A DNA stretch of 29,121 nt from a virus (taxonomy: Duplodnaviria; Heunggongvirae; Uroviricota; Caudoviricetes). Under the pieces are notes generated by a model. The model was given only the letters and a program-made list of their open reading frames with translations, made no database searches and had not been told where the DNA came from. Location of the stretch: IMG/VR virus record IMGVR_UViG_3300032030_000021, positions 1 through 29,121 of that record, one strand, 5' to 3'. Below, one piece after another: positions 24,628 through 29,121 of the stretch; position 1 is the stretch's first letter, and every line of letters begins with the position of its first letter. The position numbers and the translations under genes were made by a program.

Positions 24628-26370
24628 ATGATAAAAGTTTGTATTGCCGAAAAGCCTAATGTAGCAAAATCTATTGCTAAAGTTCTTGGTGTTCGAGATT
24701 ATAAAGACGGATATATAGAAGGAGATAGTCCATTGCTTGAGTGTCATGTGTTTGTAACCTGGACTTTTGGACACCTTTGTGAATTGAAAACCCCCGGAGA
24801 ATATAATAGGAGATGGAGTAAATGGAATCTCAGAAATCTTCCCATGATTCCTTCAAGTTTTGGAATTAGGGTTAAAGACGATGAAGGTATCAAAAAGCAA
24901 TTTAATACCATCAAAATGCTATTAGAACAATGTGATGAATGTATTAATTGCGGAGATGCAGGACAAGAAGGCGAATTAATTCAGAGATATGTTCTTCAAC
25001 AGGCCGGGTTCAAGAAGCCGGTCAAGCGCCTTTGGATTTCATCTCTAACGGATGAAGCTATTAAAAACGGTTTCCGAAACCTGGATAATGCATCTAAATA
25101 TGATAATGTTTATCGCGCAGCTCTTTGTAGAAGCATCGGGGATTGGTTAGTAGGAATGAATGCAACGCAATACCAGACTCTTATATCCGGTAATCGAAGC
25201 CTATTATACTCCGTAGGCAGGGTCCAGACTCCAACACTTGCGCTTATAGTGAATCGGCAAAAAGAAATAGATGCCTTTGTACCGGAAAAATATTATGATT
25301 TTACAGCCATTTGCCAAAAGGTAAAATTTGAAGGAGCCAATACATTTAAAGATAAAAAACAAGCCGAAGAGGTCTTCAAGAAAATCAAAGACCTTCCAAT
25401 GGTCATTTCCAAAGTGGAGCATAAGAAGCAATCCGAGAAGCCACCACAACTATTTGATCTCACCTCCTTACAGGTGGAAATGAATAAGAAAAACGGATGG
25501 AGTGCCGACGATACTCTTAATACCTTGCAATCTCTCTATGAAAAACAGCTGGTAACCTACCCACGTGTAGATACTCGTTATCTTCCGGAAGACATGTATG
25601 AAGAATGCAAGCGGATTCTTTCCGGACTCATCTCCGATTATGACTGCGAAGGCGATATGCCCGACGAAATTAAGAAATCAAGAGATATTTTTGATAATAA
25701 GAAAATTACGGACCACCACGCCATTATCCCGACCGGCAAATGGGATAGTAATATCACCTCGGAAGAGCATACCCTATATGATGTAATAGCCCGGAGATTA
25801 TTGTGTGCGTTTGCCCGACCCTTTCTTACAGCTAATACATATGTTGAGAGTACAGTTGGTGATGAGAAATTCAAAGCATCCGGGCGCACTGTTTTAGACA
25901 TGGGCTGGAGAGAGATAGCTCGTATCAAATCCGAAGATGAACCAATGCCGGAATTTGTAAAAGGCAAAGAATACAATCAGTCCATGAAGCTTAATTCTCA
26001 TACCACCAAAGCACCGGCATATTACACGGAAGCAACCTTATTAAGAGCTATGGAAACAGCCGGCAAGATGGTTACGGATGAAGAAATGGCGGAAGCTATG
26101 AAGGAAAACGGCATAGGCAGGCCATCTACAAGAGCCGCTATTCTAGAATTGCTTTTCAAAAGAAAATATTTAATTCGAGATGGCAAGTCTATCAAACCCA
26201 CCGCTACAGGCATATACCTGATTGATCATATCAAGGATCCCATTCTAAAATCTCCGGAACTCACGGGACAATGGGAGTGCAAGCTCCGCAAGATAGAAAG
26301 GGGTGAATATGACCCGAAAAAATTCAAAGAAGAACTTTATGATTTTGTTAAAGATATCGTAAAAAAATAA
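24628..26370 (+). CDS. topB: Type IA DNA topoisomerase (topoisomerase III, Bacteroidales-type)
   Basis: IAEKP, VTWTFGHL, NCGDAGQEGELI, RLWISSLT, SVGRVQTPTL, LVTYPRVD (catalytic Tyr), DHHAIIPT and GIGRPSTRA. ATG 24628 is preferred to the listed TTG 24607. Confidence 0.92.
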   Translation: MIKVCIAEKPNVAKSIAKVLGVRDYKDGYIEGDSPLLECHVFVTWTFGHLCELKTPGEYNRRWSKWNLRNLPMIPSSFGIRVKDDEGIKKQFNTIKMLLEQCDECINCGDAGQEGELIQRYVLQQAGFKKPVKRLWISSLTDEAIKNGFRNLDNASKYDNVYRAALCRSIGDWLVGMNATQYQTLISGNRSLLYSVGRVQTPTLALIVNRQKEIDAFVPEKYYDFTAICQKVKFEGANTFKDKKQAEEVFKKIKDLPMVISKVEHKKQSEKPPQLFDLTSLQVEMNKKNGWSADDTLNTLQSLYEKQLVTYPRVDTRYLPEDMYEECKRILSGLISDYDCEGDMPDEIKKSRDIFDNKKITDHHAIIPTGKWDSNITSEEHTLYDVIARRLLCAFARPFLTANTYVESTVGDEKFKASGRTVLDMGWREIARIKSEDEPMPEFVKGKEYNQSMKLNSHTTKAPAYYTEATLLRAMETAGKMVTDEEMAEAMKENGIGRPSTRAAILELLFKRKYLIRDGKSIKPTATGIYLIDHIKDPILKSPELTGQWECKLRKIERGEYDPKKFKEELYDFVKDIVKK

Positions 26371-26585
26371 TGATAATATTCGCTTCTATGATATTTTTAT
26401 TAACTTTAGCATGCATTTTCATGGTCCTGTATAGATACATATATGATTGCAATCGGACCAAAATCAATCCGGATACACAAGTTAATCGGAACACACCCGG
26501 CAATTTGATCTGGAAGCTTTTAGGAAGCTTCATTCCCATACTGCATTTGTATATTATATACTACGAAGCAAAAAATTTACGTTAA
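26370..26585 (+). CDS. Small membrane protein (71 aa, two hydrophobic segments)
   Basis: TAATG overlap with topB; MIIFASMIFLLTLACIFMVLY and LIWKLLGSFIPILHLYIIY. Confidence 0.7.
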   Translation: MIIFASMIFLLTLACIFMVLYRYIYDCNRTKINPDTQVNRNTPGNLIWKLLGSFIPILHLYIIYYEAKNLR

Positions 26586-26626
26586 ACTGCGGCGAGTTCG
26601 CAAATCAATTTTTTTCATGATTATGG

Positions 26627-26656
26627 GAAAGGCATTCTAATGAGTGCCTTTCTTTT
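26627..26656 (+). terminator. Rho-independent terminator
   Basis: gaaaggcattc-taat-gagtgcctttc plus tttt (one G-U pair). Confidence 0.75.
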
Positions 26657-26684
26657 ATTATTTTTGGTAGAATATACAAATAAG

Positions 26685-27401
26685 ATGGATAATTTTAGTG
26701 AACATGTCGGTTTTCAAGTATGGGATGGACATAATAATCTGATCGGCGGAGACGGCAGGATAGTATGCAAACGCAATGTTTGTGCCGTAAATCCAGATGC
26801 TATAGGTTCTCATTATGATATGATTAGTAAATTTATAGAAGAACAATATGACCCAAAATTCCATATATTACTAGCCTCCGGAGATAATATCACGGACCTG
26901 CAAAAATCCATGTCTCTAAAGCAATGTAAGGGCATAGGCGAAATCTTTGTGTTGAAACACAAGAATCTTTATACTACTCCGATAGTTAATTATAACATGC
27001 TAGATATTGTCCGGGAAGATCTTCGGCCAGTGTATCTTCATTGGGACATGATCAAAGATCCGGAATGGGAAAGACTTGAAAAATTCCTGAGAGGGCATCG
27101 GAGTCCCGTTGTATTATGTCATTTAGGTATCAATAAGGAATTCAACAATCAGAAATCCGTTATCAAAAAATTCAAAAAACTCCAAAAAGAATATGATAAT
27201 CTCTGGGGAGAGATCTCTTGGGATGCACTGGATTGGGTATGCAAATATCCGGAAAGTATAAAAGGGATGGACGAAGATCGGATATTCACCGCCTCCGATC
27301 TAGCTCCGTTGGATAATCAAAATAAACGGGAACTGCAAATAGCTTCCATGTCGGGATTGATCAGCAGCTCTAATAACATCAAAAAACTATTCGGAATATG
27401 A
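26685..27401 (+). CDS. Amidohydrolase-superfamily (TIM-barrel metal-dependent hydrolase)-like protein
   Basis: WDGHNN (degenerate D-x-H-x-H), PVYLH, PVVLCHLG, NLWGEIS and DRIFTASD in the usual order. Start reassigned to ATG 26685 because the listed 26640 start lies inside the terminator. Confidence 0.6.
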   Translation: MDNFSEHVGFQVWDGHNNLIGGDGRIVCKRNVCAVNPDAIGSHYDMISKFIEEQYDPKFHILLASGDNITDLQKSMSLKQCKGIGEIFVLKHKNLYTTPIVNYNMLDIVREDLRPVYLHWDMIKDPEWERLEKFLRGHRSPVVLCHLGINKEFNNQKSVIKKFKKLQKEYDNLWGEISWDALDWVCKYPESIKGMDEDRIFTASDLAPLDNQNKRELQIASMSGLISSSNNIKKLFGI

Positions 27402-27832
27402 AAACACTAATTGAATCTATAATAGGGAGAAAATCATCCAATACACCGCTTGTCAATGCCAGAACAAGACTCAGACAGGGAGATATTGTTTATTTTGAGA
27501 AGTCAAATTTAGGCCCATACTTGGTAATTTTGGACAAAAACTTATATAAAAGAATCAGCCAAAGATCAACACCGAAAGATGAGGCTGAAAAAGACGGGTT
27601 TCTTGTACAGAGTCAATATAAATATGGGTATTATATGGTACCATTATCCGGATATGATAAAGATCTTCGATATAAATTAAATTCGGATTATGATATTACA
27701 ACGGTATTAAGAGGAAACGAAATATCGTCGGATGATATTGAAGATGTATGGGATTTTATTGATTGGTACCATTTAAGTAATCTCACCGATAAATTCAAAG
27801 TAGTATTTAAAGACGAAAAATGGATAAAATAA
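27398..27832 (+). CDS. ESIIGRK-leader family protein 7 (shared body)
   Basis: MKTLIESIIGRKS...LRQGDIVYF...YLVI...YDKDL...YDITTV; ATGA overlap; motif at 27413-27423. Confidence 0.85.
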   Translation: MKTLIESIIGRKSSNTPLVNARTRLRQGDIVYFEKSNLGPYLVILDKNLYKRISQRSTPKDEAEKDGFLVQSQYKYGYYMVPLSGYDKDLRYKLNSDYDITTVLRGNEISSDDIEDVWDFIDWYHLSNLTDKFKVVFKDEKWIK

Positions 27833-27839
27833 ATTTATA

Positions 27840-28307
27840 ATGAAAACATTAACCGAATCTATAATAGGGAGAAAAAGTGATGCGATAGAATGGCCCGTTC
27901 TAGATAAAATCCGGAATCAGGAATTTTCGGATTTGATTCCTTATAACATTGTCAAGGTAGACTATTCCGAACCACATGGATCTAAATATGGAATAATAGT
28001 TCCGGAAGACATTGCGTCAAAATTCTTTGGAGTCCAATATAGGGAATACAAGGGAAAATGCGGCTCCGTTTTATTTTATGATCCCGCAACTCATGGAGAA
28101 ATAGTTTTTGTCGCAATAGATCATTATAAAAAACAATTTCCAAGACCATTTATCAATCGGGTGGGATTTGAAATAATTGATATATGGGATGGATCTAAAG
28201 CTTGGCGGACATTTGAATATCGTCTTAAAACAGTTGAAGATTATGCAAAATTCCTAAGGTGGTCCGTTGATAAACCGGAAGAATTTGAAAGAATGTTAAA
28301 ACCGTAG
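27840..28307 (+). CDS. ESIIGRK-leader family protein 8 (shared body, divergent)
   Basis: MKTLTESIIGRKS...DLIPYNIVKV...FEIIDIW; motif at 27855-27865. Confidence 0.85.
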   Translation: MKTLTESIIGRKSDAIEWPVLDKIRNQEFSDLIPYNIVKVDYSEPHGSKYGIIVPEDIASKFFGVQYREYKGKCGSVLFYDPATHGEIVFVAIDHYKKQFPRPFINRVGFEIIDIWDGSKAWRTFEYRLKTVEDYAKFLRWSVDKPEEFERMLKP

Positions 28308-28369
28308 CAAGATGTAATTTACAAATTCCAAATTATTTATTATTTAGAAAAAGAAATAAACAAAACATT

Positions 28370-28942
28370 ATGTTACCTCATATATCCCAATCTACCGCCG
28401 GTATTAATAAACACGACCCGGTATATAACAATATATTTGAAGCATACTTCACTATTCCCGAGGCATTACAGAGTGAATTCGGTAATGATGTAGCTGTTCT
28501 AACGGAACAAGTAAAATCTATTTCCGGCCTAGAATCTCTAGATAGAGCTCCCGAGGTTGTACAACAGACCTTCTTGGGAGCCAAGCGTTCTTATCTAGCT
28601 TCCCGTTTGGACGACACTTCTCATGAATTAGAGATCGTATTCCAATTGAATTTAAGAAACGGCACCGACAACTATATTTATAAACTTCTCAAAGCATGGA
28701 ATGCCTGCGGATATGATCAGAATACCGGTTCTACAACTTTGAAACCCGGATATTGTGCCGATTGGATGAAATTGGTTATCGGTAACCGCGGCGGCGATAT
28801 CTTCAGAGAAATCATTTATAAAGACGTATTTCCTTTCGGTGGTCTGACCGGCTGGAATGAAGCTACTTATGATTCTACAGGTGAGCTTATTGAAATCACC
28901 ATGAAACTTAAGAGCGATTGGGCTGCCGAAACTAATGCATAA
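28370..28942 (+). CDS. Tail tube protein (T4 gp19-like)
   Basis: 190 aa with NIFEAYF...VKSISG...FLGAKRSY...LEIVFQLN...YKLLKAW...YDQNTG...YKDVFP, the tube-protein pattern of a W followed by a FP motif; TTATTATT at 28337-28344. Confidence 0.75.
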   Translation: MLPHISQSTAGINKHDPVYNNIFEAYFTIPEALQSEFGNDVAVLTEQVKSISGLESLDRAPEVVQQTFLGAKRSYLASRLDDTSHELEIVFQLNLRNGTDNYIYKLLKAWNACGYDQNTGSTTLKPGYCADWMKLVIGNRGGDIFREIIYKDVFPFGGLTGWNEATYDSTGELIEITMKLKSDWAAETNA

Positions 28943-28982
28943 CTACACCGACCTTGCAGGGTTTGTGGAATATTACCCGACG

Positions 28983-29012
28983 AAAAATGGAGTCTCCGGA
29001 CTCCATTTTTTT
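28983..29012 (+). terminator. Rho-independent terminator
   Basis: aaaaatggagtc-tccg-gactccattttttt. Confidence 0.85.
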
Positions 29013-29041
29013 ATTATTAAAACAACAATAAATACAATATT

Positions 29042-29121
29042 ATGGCAGTTTTACCGGAATCACAGGCATATCAAAACGCACTAATTGCATTAAACACTAT
29101 TGTACAAGATGCATATAACGA
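29042..29121 (+). CDS. 5' end of a gene running off the window
   Basis: ATG 29042 gives MAVLPESQAYQNALIALNTIVQDAYN...; TTATTATT at 29011-29018. Confidence 0.6.
   Translation, partial: MAVLPESQAYQNALIALNTIVQDAYN

Noticed and set aside
3845-28307. The repeated leader DNA as a CRISPR array or integron attC-like repeat
   Set aside because: The copies are dispersed, lie inside coding starts, are not regularly spaced and are not palindromic.
15524-28584. Alternate ORFs overlapping the RimK, M15, topB, amidohydrolase-like and tail-tube genes
   Set aside because: They are shadow ORFs of motif-supported genes, with no independent start signals.
1-29121. Stop-codon reassignment (TAG to Gln, as in Lak and some crAss-like phages)
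   Set aside because: Conserved genes are full length in code 11, and TAG ends genes at 12191, 14376 and 28305 without useful in-frame continuation.
1-29121. tRNA or rRNA genes
   Set aside because: Intergenic gaps are short and explained by terminators and promoter-like boxes; no cloverleaf or T-loop GTTC(G/A)A context was found by eye.

Overview
A 29.1-kb AT-rich segment of a large T4-like (myovirus/jumbo-type) dsDNA phage genome in the standard genetic code. The host is probably Bacteroidales, because the TopB and M15 lysin are Bacteroides-type and most start codons have A-rich, SD-less leaders. Virion genes are scattered: a collagen-like fibre, a gp14-like neck protein, a gp2-like DNA end protector and a gp19-like tail tube. 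They are mixed with replication and metabolism genes (primase-SF2 helicase, 5'-3' exonuclease, topB, ugd, P-loop kinase, RimK-aspartic protease fusion, MoxR/vWA pair) and two cell-wall hydrolases. Three signals stand out. (1) Eight small genes, in four tandem pairs, start with the leader MK(T/S/Y)(L/I/F)xE-SIIGR(K/R). It resembles a T4 capsid-targeting/prohead-protease leader, is joined to at least two or three unrelated bodies, and always contains the invariant 11-mer GAATCTATAAT; a headless ninth copy also exists. (2) CCGG is strongly over-represented throughout the window. (3) A 547-bp non-autonomous IS200/IS605 element carries an in-frame-deleted tnpB and intact ends, and its right end supplies the stop codon of the upstream gene without changing that protein. 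All family assignments come from motif recognition by eye, with no database searches, and all counts are hand counts.
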